From Euglena gracilis (taxonomy: Eukaryota): 64,000 nucleotides of DNA. Position 1 is the stretch's first letter. Every line of letters starts with the position of its first letter. Shown piece after piece: positions 36,910-48,374 of the stretch. The notes beneath the pieces are model-generated. The model searched no databases. It was not told the origin of the DNA and worked only from the letters and a program-made list of their open reading frames with translations. The stretch covers positions 47,657,847 through 47,721,846 of the forward strand of contig CP154954.1 of NCBI GenBank assembly GCA_039621445.1. The letters run 5' to 3'. Both the position numbers and the translations under genes were made by a program.

Positions 36910-39519
36910 CATTTGTTAGAAACAGTGTTTTGCAAATGATTTCTCATCCAGAGTTTTGCCTTTGTGCATGTACTCCATTGTTCCATTCCGGTGTCTTTGA
37001 GGAGGAATTGTGCTCCTGTGGTCCCATTTCCATGTCCAATTGTGTTTTTTTTGCTTCGGAGACCAATTAATTTTGATTAATTGACCTCCCAGCCGATTAA
37101 GTCGGTGACCCCCCCCCCCACCGGACACAGGACAAAGCCGGTGACCCCCTACGATGGACTCAGGGGTGACAAAGCCGGTGAGGGGGGGTCACCAGCTTTG
37201 TCCTGAGTCCGGTGACCCCCCCAATTTTTAAAAATGAATGATGAATCGTGTGGGGATGTGCGGGACAACCAATTAAAAGCCAGGAAAGACCACCATGCAC
37301 TAAACACAAGACTGCCAGGCACAGCACGAGGACAGAGAGAGCTCCCACCAAAAAAAAACCTGGTGCAAGCATCAAGCATACGTTATGGTATTAGTAGGTT
37401 CCAGGAGGGAAAAAAATGGAGGGGGGTCGGCACACCCCTCCCCCCCCCCCCCTCACCGACCCCCTCGCCACGCCATTTTACCCCCCCCTCCCCCCCCTTT
37501 TCAGACCCCCTCGCCACGCCATGTCAGCCGCGCCAAAGAAAATTTTCTTGGAAAACCCCCGCGCACCCCTCCCCCCCCCCTCCATCCGGGACCCCCTCGC
37601 CACGCCAAAAACCCCCCCTCCCCCCCCCCTAGCCGGACGGCTCGCCACGGCGTGCCGACCCCCCGGAGGCAGACAGTTGGTGTGATCCTCATTGCTTACG
37701 CTCTGTGTTCAAAGCACGGGCGGGTATGGGGGCATCTCCCTGCTATCACAACGAGGACAACATCAACTGTTGCGAGGGGGGGGGGCATGGTACGGCCAGT
37801 GCAATCCTTGCAATCCAAACAAGGCTTTCCTTGCATGTGCTCCTTGGTGTTTCCGTCTTTAGTTCGGGGAACCGGTACATGGGTACCCCAGCCTACCGAC
37901 ACAGAAGCTGCAATCTTTTCTGCTTCTGTGTCAAAGATGGCGTGCATTGTGAGCACATACTTTGCAAAAGCGCACATGTGCTCGTCCAGGTGATCAGTTT
38001 TGCTGCCTCTCACATCACAAATTTTCTGGAAATTGGTAAGAATACCCCCCTTACTGATTTTTGGCGCTTCCATCAGGCTAAGGTGCAGATTCTGTAAAAA
38101 AAGAATGTCCCCAAAAAGCACTGTATCCGCAGATTCTTTTTTCATTGGGGATTCCATAAATTCTTTCAACCTTGTGGGGGTGGGCGTGGGTCCCTCCTCC
38201 TCCATCCTCAGCTACCACAACGGCCTGTGCCGGCATCATTTTGGCTAATGGAAACAAGAAACCAGTGATGAAAAGCAGAATTTTCCTCATTAGGGAGTCA
38301 CCGGCTTTGTCCTGAGTCCGGTGGGGGGGGTCACCGACTTAAAGCAAGACCCCCTCCTCACCGGCTTTGTCCTGAGTCCGGTGGGGGGGGGTCACCGGCT
38401 TTGTCCTTCGGACAAAGCCGGTGACCCCCCCCCCCACCGGACTCAGGAAAAAGCCGGTGAGGGGGGGGGGGCTTTCTTGATATAGAACGATTAATCACCC
38501 CCCCCTGAACGATTAATCGATTAATCGAGGCAGCCTTGCTTGAAATGAGTAACCCCCCCCTAATTGGCCACCTGGGCTCTGGCCAATCAGGGGGGGGGGG
38601 ACAAATAGAGGGGGGGTTGGTATTTTCAAACATTCTTAGGGGGGTTGTGCCCCCGCGCCCCCCCCCCGTCCCCCCCCCCCCGCGTCCCCCCCGCTTCCCC
38701 CCCCCGCGTCCCCCCCGCGTCCCCACCAAGTGGCTTGGTGTCCTTTTTTGAATAGGCTTTTCTACAATGTCCCGGCATGCTTGCTATGATGAAATGAAGA
38801 AGAGAGGATAAACAAAAAGAGCATTGCAAAAACAAGTGAGAAATCAAAAGTTTATCCTTGCCCCACAAAAAAACGCTACTTGTTCGCTACAACCCCGCCT
38901 ACAACCCCCACCTAACCCCAACCCCAACCCTAAATTTTTCTTCTTTAAGGAATAGGGTTTGGGTTCGGGTTAGGGTTAAGGGTCAGGGTTCAAAAAAACA
39001 AAACACAAGTTTTTTTTTGAAAAAACACCAAAAATCCCCCCCCCCTATTTGGCTAATGGCCGGGCTCCTTCAGACCCCCCATTAGCCAATTAGGGGGGGG
39101 GGACAATTAGGGGGGGCTCGAGGACCCCGATCCTATAATTTTTGACTTGTGCAAAATTGGTCGATTTTTTGTGCATTTTTGGATTGGTCATGACTTTTTC
39201 TTATCCGGCAATTTTTAACATTTTCGAAACGGACGTTTTTGGAGGTTTTCCGAGCCCTTGCCGAAATTGGCCAAAGTTGGCCAAGGGAACGTCCATTGGC
39301 CAATTGGGCTAACCCCCCCTAATTGGCTAATGGAGGCTAGGCACAGCGGGGGGGGGGGGCTGGGGGGGGGGGTTCAAGGGAGGGACCCTTCCCTACCTTC
39401 ACCAAGTCTCCACAAGACACCACCACAAGAAAGGCAAGCACCGGCGAAGGAGGTGAAGAAAGCACCGGAGAGGAAGAAGAAGACAGAGCCGGTGAAGAAG
39501 GCGGCGAAGAAAGAGAAGG

Positions 39520-40080
39520 AAAGATGGGCGCTGGACCTGTTCTTCGGAACGGGAAGTCTGAAAAGAGCGCTGGAGAAGATGGGCTTCAAGGTGATCAGCG
39601 TGGACTGTGACGAGAAGTGGAAGCCGGCCATCGCGGCCGACGTGAGGAAGTGGAGGTACTGGGAGCAGTACGTTCCCGGCTACTTCGAGGTCATCGCGGC
39701 GTCCCCGCCCTTGGCGGACGCGGTGGTGAAGGCCACGAGGGAGCTGGTGGAGTACTTGGCGCCCACGCGGTGGTGGATTGAAAACCCGAGGTTCGGCTTG
39801 CTGCGGTGGCGACGAGTCCTGCGCGGAGTGCGGTACTTGGATATCGACTACTGCCGCTTCGCGGAGTATGGGTATCGCAAGCCGACCCGCTTCTGGGTCA
39901 GTGATGCGATTGCGAAGGAGCTGGACGACGTCATCTGTGGTGGGAAGTGCGGCAGCATGGTGGAATGACCAGACGGCGTACGAAGACATCGGCTACAGCT
40001 GGGAGGCAGTGGCGGCGAGCGCAGGTGCACAAGGGAGGAGGCCTACCGCATCCCGGAGGGAGTGGTGCGGTACCTGTTCC
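39520..40080 (+). pseudogene. C5-cytosine DNA methyltransferase domain
   Basis: ALDLFFGTGS (motif I), ISVD, ASPP (motif IV with the catalytic Cys and following segment missing), WWIENP (VI), YCRF...YRKPTRFW (VIII-like). After one TGA (39966-39968) the same frame continues to EAYRIPEGVVRYL. Confidence 0.78.
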
Positions 40081-40219
40081 TGGGGGAGAAGGCACGGGAA
40101 GAAGTGGCGGCGGCGGAAGAGGCGAAGAAGGTGCGGAAGGTGGTGGTGCGGCCGTGGCAGCACCTCCCGAACCGGCCGTTCACGGTCGGCCGGATGGAGC
40201 ACTGTGGGGGGTGCTACCA

Positions 40220-40440
40220 GCTGCTGATGGACGTGGAGGTGGAGGCAGGCGGGATGAAGATCCAGGCGAAGGCCTTGATCGATACGGGGGCGCAGACCTC
40301 CCTCGTGAAGAAGGAGCTGTTCTCGGAGTCGGTGTTCCACGCGCCAACAAGATCCTTGGTGCTGCGCACGGTGAGCGGAGAAGCACTACCCGGAGGACAA
40401 CGAGAAGCAGAGCTGAAGCTGTCCTTCGCGGTCCACACAG
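40220..40440 (+). pseudogene. Retropepsin-like aspartic protease domain
   Basis: LLMDVEV...KALIDTGAQTSLV...LRTVSG, in frame with the flanking domains. Confidence 0.8.
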
Positions 40441-40449
40441 GAGAAATTG

Positions 40450-41200
40450 TGCAGGAATTTTGGAGAAAGGACTCCATTTTGCACATCAATGTAAACGAGC
40501 TCAGTGCAGCAATCAGCACTGTGAAAAGTTTGAGCAAACCTGGAAAACCGTTTCCTTGTCAGTGGACAACCCAGGTAATTTACTTTTACCTAACAAAAGG
40601 TGGGGGTAGAAAGGACCCCTTCAACAAAATGCTGAGACCATTTTTCAAATGGTGCATGGAAAAACAAGTAAACCTCCAAGTCAACTGGGTACCTTCAAAA
40701 GAACGCCTGGCAGACCCCATCAGCAGATGGGAAATGGACAGGGGGGATTATTCTTTAGACCCCCAACTTTTTCAATGGCTCAGACAGCAGTTCAAAGATT
40801 TTATAAATCTTGAAACAGATTTATTTGCCTCCCCAGGCAACAAAAAAATGCCAAATTTTATGGCCAGGTGGCCCCATTGGGAAGCCACAGCAGTAAATGC
40901 TTTACAATGTCCACTGGACAACATGGGGGATCTTTATGCAAACCCCCCCTGGACAATAATTCAACAATTTCTACCCAGGTTTAAAATGTGTCCGCAGACA
41001 AAAGTTTTGATAGTCACCCCCTACTGGGATTCAGCCACCTGGTGGCCCCAATTAATGAAAATGAGAGTTCCAGGGACCCCCTGCCTGAAAATCACCCCCT
41101 ACAAGGGCATGTTCACCAACTGCAGGGGGGAGCAAATGCCACGCCCCAGATGGCCCCTACTCTGCATGATTTGCTCAGGAAAATTTTGGAGGGGAAGCAA
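40450..41200 (+). pseudogene. DIRS-type RNase H (C-terminal part) plus N6-adenine methyltransferase domain
   Basis: HINVNEL...(VDN in a locally shifted frame)...YLTKGGG...WVPSKERLADPISR, then DLFAS...LYANPPW...TPYWDSATWWP. Confidence 0.85.
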
Positions 41201-41930
41201 GTACAAATTACAACCATTAACGATTTCCTGGTCAGAAATCCAAGCTTAAGGCGTCATCAAAGTGCTTTTTCACTTCTGTGGGTTATTTTGGAGAAAACGG
41301 GGGTGCCCCCCCCTGAAGCCACCACAGACCAGGTGGCTGACGCTTTAATTCAATTATTTCAATTTTTCAAGGCCCAAGCCCGTAATGCATATAGTGCAAT
41401 GCTTTGATTCCTGGGTTTGGTGGACTGAGATTCCACACCCTGTTAACCCCCTACAAGAGACTTTGGAACCAAAACCTGGATAAGTATGGTGCATTTTGGG
41501 ACCCCCTCCCAATCCTCCTGGGGCTGGCAAAGGCGCCTATGCCTACTGATATTTGTACATTGCGTACACAACTGATTTTTTTCTCACAAATCATCTGTTT
41601 ATACCGATCCTCAGACTTATCACAAGTCAAACGAACCACCAGTGTGTTGGGTAGGGAACCCTCATCAAGATTAAGCGTAAATGACAGAAATTACATAAGT
41701 GGCAAAGGGTTGTGTCCATACCCCAGTGTCCCCAAATAAGCCCATTTCATTTAATGATGTGCTATGTGGCTGCCACACGTTCATTCGTCAGACCTGGGGG
41801 GCCCCTCCTCATTTCATTAAAACCCCCCTTCAGGGCCATAAGTGCACACACGATTGCTTCTATCACAAAAGACTTTTTGGCCAAACATGGGGTACCCCCC
41901 AGGTGTGGGGGGCCCACTCCACCAGAGGGA
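41150..41930 (+). pseudogene. Tyrosine recombinase, frameshifted and truncated before the catalytic Tyr
   Basis: Overlaps the MTase 3' end in another frame. YRSSDL (catalytic R box) and GAHSTRG (HxxR box) are spread over several frames. Confidence 0.75.
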
Positions 41931-44900
41931 GGAGCAGGGGTTGGTTTCGTACTCCCTCGAGGAAAACCGAAAACGGAGGAAGGGACACCGAGGGCGAAGC
42001 ACAAAGACCTTGTGAGCCCGACCCCCCAACCCGTAAAAGAAAATTTGTCTTCCAAAGCCCTCGGTCAGAGAGTGGGGGCCAGGGAAGGGAGAGGGGGGGG
42101 GGCCAAGGGGCAAGAAGCCACGTCGCCAAGTCGGCGCAGCATCGTCAGCCAACTCCGGCGAGGCGGCACTAAGCAAGACCTCCTAACCCAGCGCAACCAA
42201 ACAATCCAAACAACACCGCCGGAGAGCAAGGCATGGCCTCACAAGGTCTTTGTGCTTCGCCCTCGGTGTCCCTTCCTCCCTGGTCTATTTTTCTCGCGGG
42301 AGTGCGAGTTGTTAAGCGATGCTCTTCGTGTTGGTAATTACATTTTTCATTGAAGTCCGAATATGTCAACAAATTCTGATTTGATATTCGCTACGAGCGT
42401 CACTTTCTGGACAATTCGATTGACTTCACTATTACAAATTCACTTTTCAAGGATGTTGAATTGAAGTTCCTTTCTTCTGGGTTATCGGCGGGCAAATTAA
42501 GAGTCAGCCACCTCCGGCGACAAAGGCACTACGTGGGACCTCTTGACCCAAAGCACCCAAAAAATCCAACACCGCCGGCGAGCAAGACATGGCCTCGCAA
42601 GGGCAAAGTGCGGAGCCGGAGGTGTCTGGAAATGTTTCTTGCGGGACTGTTGGTGTGCGTTTGGGAAAGAACCCAGCGGGCTGAGAGCTCCCCCCTGGGC
42701 ATGACAATGGGGTTGGGTAGGAATCAGGGACCTGAGCCCACCCTGGTTATACCCGACAGGGAACCCAGAGAAGATCCTGAAGGGATTCGAGTCTGTGTTG
42801 GACCTCCTGAAACTGAGGTGGGGATTAAAGGCCCTACGCCGCCGGAGGTCAGTCCCGCGTTCCCCCCCACGGGGTGGAGCACGGGGTGGGCGTCCCGCGT
42901 TAACAGGTCTTCCGGTGCGGGGGACCCCCCCTACCTTCACCACCTACCCTTCCCTACCTTCAAGGGGGGGGGAGGGGGGTCCGAGGGCGGCCGCGCGGGC
43001 GGAACGCATCCTAAAATCGGTGATTTTCGGGTCCAAAAAAGTGGTCATTTTTTGCCATTTTTGGGCCATTTTTGACCAAAAAAGTGCTTTTTTGGCCGCG
43101 CGCAGAGCGCGCGGCCCCCAAATTTGCCATTTTGTGTCCGAAAATGGTCATTTTTGGTCATTTTTGGGCCTCAAAAATCGCGATTTTTTCACCAACATTT
43201 TTTTTCTTGGCTATGCTAGGCACAGGGGGGGAGGGGGGGTCCAGGGGGGGGCGAGCGGCCGCGCGGGCGGCCGCGCAGGGGCCGCGCGGGGGGGGGGGCG
43301 GGTGGGGGGGCCCCGGACCCCCCCGAGCGGCGCGCCTAGCCTGCAATGGACCTCCCCCAATTAGCCAATAGAGGGTATGCTTTTTTGAAAAGGCAAAAAA
43401 ATAACCTTTTTCCTTGCGATGTGGCCTTTTTTTTGAGGAAACGTTCTAAGTCATTTTTTTTTGGTCACCAAAAAGTGAGGTTTTTAGTTTTTCCTAACCC
43501 TTCATCACAAAATGGTGTGGTTGGCCAGGCGTCATGTGAAAGCCAGCACCCTTTGTGGACTGCGAAGATGCAGAGATAAAAAATGAACTTTTTTCTCAAA
43601 AACCATTTCAAAAAAATTTCACCAAACCGTTTTTTTTTAAAAAAAACGGGTTTTTTTTAGAAAAGAAACATGTTTTTTTGTTTCAAAAAAAAACAGCCGT
43701 CAACCTTAGTTAGGGTTAGGGTTGGGGTCAGGGTTCGACTCTGCCGTTTGGGGGTCGTGGTTTTGGGGGTGGGGGTCGTACAGCGAACAAGTACCCCCCA
43801 AAAAACTAGAAATAGAAGAAATAGAATGGGTGTTAAGGTGCGTTGGGCAGAACAAGGTGATGGCAATAGCTTGTAGAACTGCATTTGAAAGCAACCCGTT
43901 TGTTTTTTGAAAAAAAGCACATTCTTTGTTGCTTTATAAAAACAAAAACTTTTTTTTTTAAAAAACGCCAGCATGGTACCCAGAATGGTGGTGCCCCCGC
44001 GTCCCCCCCCCGCGTCCCCCCCGCGTCCCCCCTGCGTCCCCAACACCCCCTAGGAACTTCTGGCACTTATTTTGTTGAAAAACTTCAGTAGCACTTCGAG
44101 TGCTTCTGAGGCTCAAATCGACGTTTTTGGGACGTTTTCAAAAATTGATTTTTGGCAAATGTGCTTAAAATGGGCTCCGAGCGTGAAATTGGCCATGGAA
44201 CTTTTGGTGGTCGCTAGCTACCGAATTCTGGCGACCTGCCGCTAGCGACCGTTGGTGGTCGACCCGACCGGTCGCTAGCGACCACCAAAAATTCGCTAAC
44301 CCCCCCAGAAAATTTATACCCCCCCCCCCCGTGAGGGAAAATTTTCTCCTTGAGAAAGCCATGAATTTTTATATCAAAAGTTCCTGATTCTGCTTTTAGG
44401 ATCTTGCACGATGTCAGACAATGTTTACGTTACTATGAACTGCATTGGGGACTTGAAAGCCGTTCATGTGCTTGGGTGTAATTGCGCATTGCGCATGGGC
44501 AGGCAGGGGATTTTGTTATTGGAGGGCGGGGGGGGGTGGGCCATAGGTTCGGCTTCCTTCGGCTTCTTGGCATCTTGTTGGTATACCGCGAGAGCAACCA
44601 GGAACAGTAGGCGGGAGGGGAAATGCGCTGGACGGCCCTCGGAAGAAATGCGCAAAAAGTCTCCTTTGAAGACTGCCCAAAATGGTCAAAAGAATTCCAG
44701 CATACCATGCCCCCGAGCTGTCCCCCCCCCCCCCTAGCTATTGAGCTATTCCCATTGGGGGGATGGGAACAGCTCACTGTCATAGGGGGTGCAACCCCCG
44801 TGACCCCCCCCCCCGGTGACCCCCCACATGACCCGAGAATCGAACTTTCAATTTTCATACAATGAATGCGCCTTCATCACTTCAGCCTTTCTTTTTGTGG

Positions 44901-44956
44901 ATTTGGCAAAGAGAAAATTTTGTAACCGCATAAAAACTCAATCCAAATTTCTTCAC

Positions 44957-45071
44957 ACAAATTGTGGCTGACCCAGATTAGCCTGCCTGAAAACATGTTC
45001 AGCAGGGGGGCCCCCGAAGTGGGCCCCCTGAACACGTTTTCAGGCTGAAATCTGGGTCAGCCACAATTTGT
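44957..45071. repeat. Imperfect hairpin of about 115 bp
   Basis: acaaattgtggctgacccagatt...cctgaaaacatgttcag...gggccc cgaag gggccc...ctgaacacgttttcagg...aatctgggtcagccacaatttgt. Confidence 0.85.
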
Positions 45072-45639
45072 TTAAAAACGTTTTCAGAGCCCGCCAAATG
45101 CCTGCCCTGAAATTTGTGGTCATGATTCACGCAAGGAGTCAAAAATGCGAAGATGTGAAATTCGGACCGAAAAAAAGGCGCCCTAATGGAAAACGTGCCT
45201 TACCATAGATGCCTTGATGGAAAACGTCATTGCCATAGGTGCCCTAATGGAAACCGTGTTACCCTCCCTTTCCCCCCCTTTTTTTTCACTGTCCTCCCAC
45301 TATGGCTAAATGCACGGCAAACTTTGTGAATGGTCTTTTGCCACCTCCCCCTAGGACGGGACCCCCTTCATGGCACCTTGCAGGGCAACACGAAGAAAAT
45401 GCCTAGCTGGGGGCGGCAGCCCCCCCCCCCCCCCCGCTAGACGACCAAGGGCGCCGAAGGCGCCTCGGGACTGTTTGTTTACGGTGCGCGTGGCATTACA
45501 TGCGCGCCTGGCCTTGGGTCGGCAACCCCCGGAGATTATTGGATGGTGGGGGGGGTGAGGTGGGGGGGCGGCAGCCCCCCCAGTCGGGACACAACACGAG
45601 GCAGTGGGGGTTGGTCGGGGGGGGGGGGGGAGTAGGCAC

Positions 45640-45915
45640 ATTGCAAAAGGCAACACAACTCCCTTGGTCGTGGTTTTGCGGACTGCCCGAGCGACGGCAT
45701 TCACGTATGCATGAAAAGAGGTTGCCGGATGATTCCCTGAAACGAACACACTTCCCGACTGCTGCGCACGTTGAGCCACACATTGTTCAATGATGCTCGC
45801 CTCATCGAACAACAGGCTGGGTTCCAGCTCCCATCCCGTCCAGGCAACAAAGAAATCATCCAGCTCAGGATAAGATGCTTGCCGATGTTGACACAGTTTG
45901 GCGAACTCCAAACAG
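45640..45915 (-). pseudogene. Fragment of an unidentified protein, homologous to 16640-16820
   Basis: See the alignment under 16640-16820. This copy extends to ...FHAYVNAVARAVRKTTTKGVVLPF. Confidence 0.6.
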
Positions 45916-46695
45916 TTGGCAACAGCAGCAAGCTCTGCACTTTTGGGGGAAAGTGCATAGCACTTTTGTGGTGCAGGTCACGGGGGGTCACGGGGGGAGG
46001 TCACGGGGGAAGTATACCACCTTGGAGGTAGTCACGAGCATCGGTGTCGGAAAAAATTTTACCTGGGGGGACGAGCATCCAGTGCAAGGTTGACCACTCT
46101 CATTGGGGAGATCCATGGGGGGATCCCCTATGAGGGGCTCCCCCTCAAGGGGGGGGGGTAGGAGCCCAACCCCCATCAAGGGCTTTTTTTCACAACTGCT
46201 CAAACGGAGGCCGGACGATGATGGTTTTTTTATTTGCAGGGGTGCAAAAATGGGTCGGATTTGGGCTCACCAATGCAATTTTTTTTATATAATTCAAAGT
46301 CATCACTGCCCGAAGGGCAGCAACACAGTGTAACAAATTTTTTGGGGGGGTGGTCGCGGGGGGGGGGGACGCGGGGGGGGGGGGACACGAGGGAGGGAAC
46401 TATGGCCGAACTACCCCCACACACTTTCTTTGGCGTCACCCAAATTTGTATGTTATTTTCCTTTGGTCGACCAAAAAACATTCCTGGCCAAAATCCGGGA
46501 CGCGGGGGGGGGGGGGGGGGGGGGGACGGGGGGGGGGGACGCGGAGGGGACGGGAACACCCCCTTTGTTGTTGAAAAGGCGAAAATTGGCTGAAAATCAT
46601 TAAAATTTAGAATTCAGACAAAAAGTTGGTTTCTGAGATTAAAAAACGTGTTCAGCCCGCCAAATGCCTGCCCTGAAATTCGTGGTCATGAACAT

Positions 46696-46910
46696 CCATT
46701 AGGGCATTTGTGGCAATGACACGTTTTCCATTAAGGCATCTGTGGCAATGACATGTTTTCCATTAGGGCATCTGTGGCAATGACACGTTTTCCATTAGGG
46801 CATCTGTGGCAATGACACATTTTCCATTAGGGCATCTGTGGCAATGACACGTTTTCCATTAGGGCATCTGTGGCAATGACACGTTTTCCATTAGGGCATC
46901 TGTGGCAATC
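46696..46910. repeat. Minisatellite, 7 x 32 bp (ccattagggcatctgtggcaatgacacgtttt)
   Basis: Units start at 46696, 46728, 46760, 46792, 46824, 46856 and 46888 with no spacers. Degenerate inverted units lie at 45180-45260. Confidence 0.95.
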
Positions 46911-48221
46911 AAAAAATTGTTGTCATGAAATTTCGGCGACAGGTTGAGAGCTACCCTAGACTAGGTAGGTCTAGACTAGACTGGACTAGACTAGGTAGAT
47001 CTAGGGGGGTACTCCACAACAGAAGAAACGGCTAGAGGTTGCCTTTGAGCAATACGACAGGGAGTGTTAGACGTCACGGAAGACGACACACTTTACACAA
47101 AAAAGAGCCATACTTTGGTGGCCGCCGCAAATGATGGCAATGAAAATGGTATGCCACGGCTCCACACGATTTGTATTTTTGGGAATGGCAACACCACAAA
47201 AAACACATTTGTCCGTCTGTTTTATAGCACGCACACACACACACCTCAGCTGGCTGCCCAGATTGGCATTGCTGCAGTTTCTTTTGCCCGAAAGTATGGT
47301 AGCATTGTTTTGCAATACAACGGGGGTTTTGCATTACATCCCAATGGGGCGGGGGGCTTAAAAATTTTCTGAAGGGGGTGGGTCGAAATTTTGGTGGTCG
47401 CCAGCGACCGGTCGGTCTGACCACCAATGGTCGGTCGACCATGGCCAACGGTCGCTAGCGACCAGTCGCTAGCGACCACCAAACGTTCCACAGCCAATTT
47501 CCCGCAATGAGCCCTTAAAATTGACCATTTTTTGCGAACACGCAAAAAAGTTGCCAAAACGACCCCTTTTGGGGTGCCCAAGGGTCGGGGTTGGGAATAG
47601 CTCGGGGGGAACCAAGGTCCCCCCCCCCCGAGCTGTCCCCCCCCCCCCGCACTGTTCCCATTGGGCCGTAAAGGGTCCCGGGGACGGGACCCTTTACGGG
47701 GGGGGGGGCACGGTAAAAAATATTTAAAGATATTCCATTTTTGTGGAGTGTGGTTTGAGTGTTTCGTAACGAGTTTTTTTCAACGAAATGTCAGTTTTGT
47801 TTTTTTGCCTTTTTGTTGCCGTTTATTTCAGAAAAAGACATTTTTTTAAAAAAAACGCCAACTGTGAGAGTGGAGAGGGTCCGGAACCCCCGGTTGACCA
47901 ACGAAGTCCACCGAACCAGGGAGGGGAGTCCGGAAACCCAGTCAACGGGACCACCCTCCCTTCGAACCTGTTCATTGAGGGTATTTTCCCCAATGACCCC
48001 CCCCCCGCTCGACCTCCGTTCCGAACCCAAATTCAGCCCTCCAAAAAGTCGAAAAATCCACATTATTTAAAATTTACCCCTCAATTTGGCATCAAAATAA
48101 AATGTAAAAAAAAATGTACCCAATGGCGTGCAAATTCCTCTTTGGGATCGAAACTTGGAGCAATGCATGACACCATGTAAGTCACATGCCCCCTCAGACC
48201 CCAATGCCCCATTTCACCATG

Positions 48222-48239
48222 GTCCCTTTTTTGTCGCAG
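48222..48239 (+). promoter_or_regulatory. Candidate spliced-leader trans-splice acceptor (polypyrimidine tract + CAG)
   Basis: ccctttttgtcgcag ends 19 nt upstream of the RRM start codon. Euglenozoa add a spliced leader at such sites, but a cis acceptor cannot be excluded. Confidence 0.5.
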
Positions 48240-48258
48240 GTTTTCTCCCACCTTCACA

Positions 48259-48374
48259 ATGTCTGGTGGGCCAGTGACCACAATTTATTGCACAGAACTC
48301 CCACGCGATATGACAGAACGGGAGTTCTACAATCTTTTCCAGTTTGCAGATGGTTTTGAGCAGACATCTCTTTC
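48259..48374 (+). CDS. RRM RNA-binding protein (RBPMS/couch-potato-like), exon 1
   Basis: MSGGPVTTIYCTELPRDMTEREFYNLFQFADGFEQTSLS has RNP2 plus an LP.D...RE..LF helix. Followed by aaaCAGgg. Confidence 0.85.

Larger units (their letters stand above)
39380..42610 (+). mobile_element. Decayed DIRS-like tyrosine-recombinase retrotransposon (RT absent), boundaries approximate
   Basis: RNase H, N6-MTase and overlapping YR ORF order is diagnostic of DIRS1-like elements. Inverted and direct repeats lie downstream of the YR. Confidence 0.85.

Noticed and set aside
46696-46910. 32-bp direct repeats resembling a CRISPR array
   Set aside because: Units are head-to-tail with no unique spacers, there are no cas genes, and the context is eukaryotic. 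It is a minisatellite.
46950-47005. ctaga/ctagg repeats as a regulatory array
   Set aside because: This is a short simple repeat with no supporting context.
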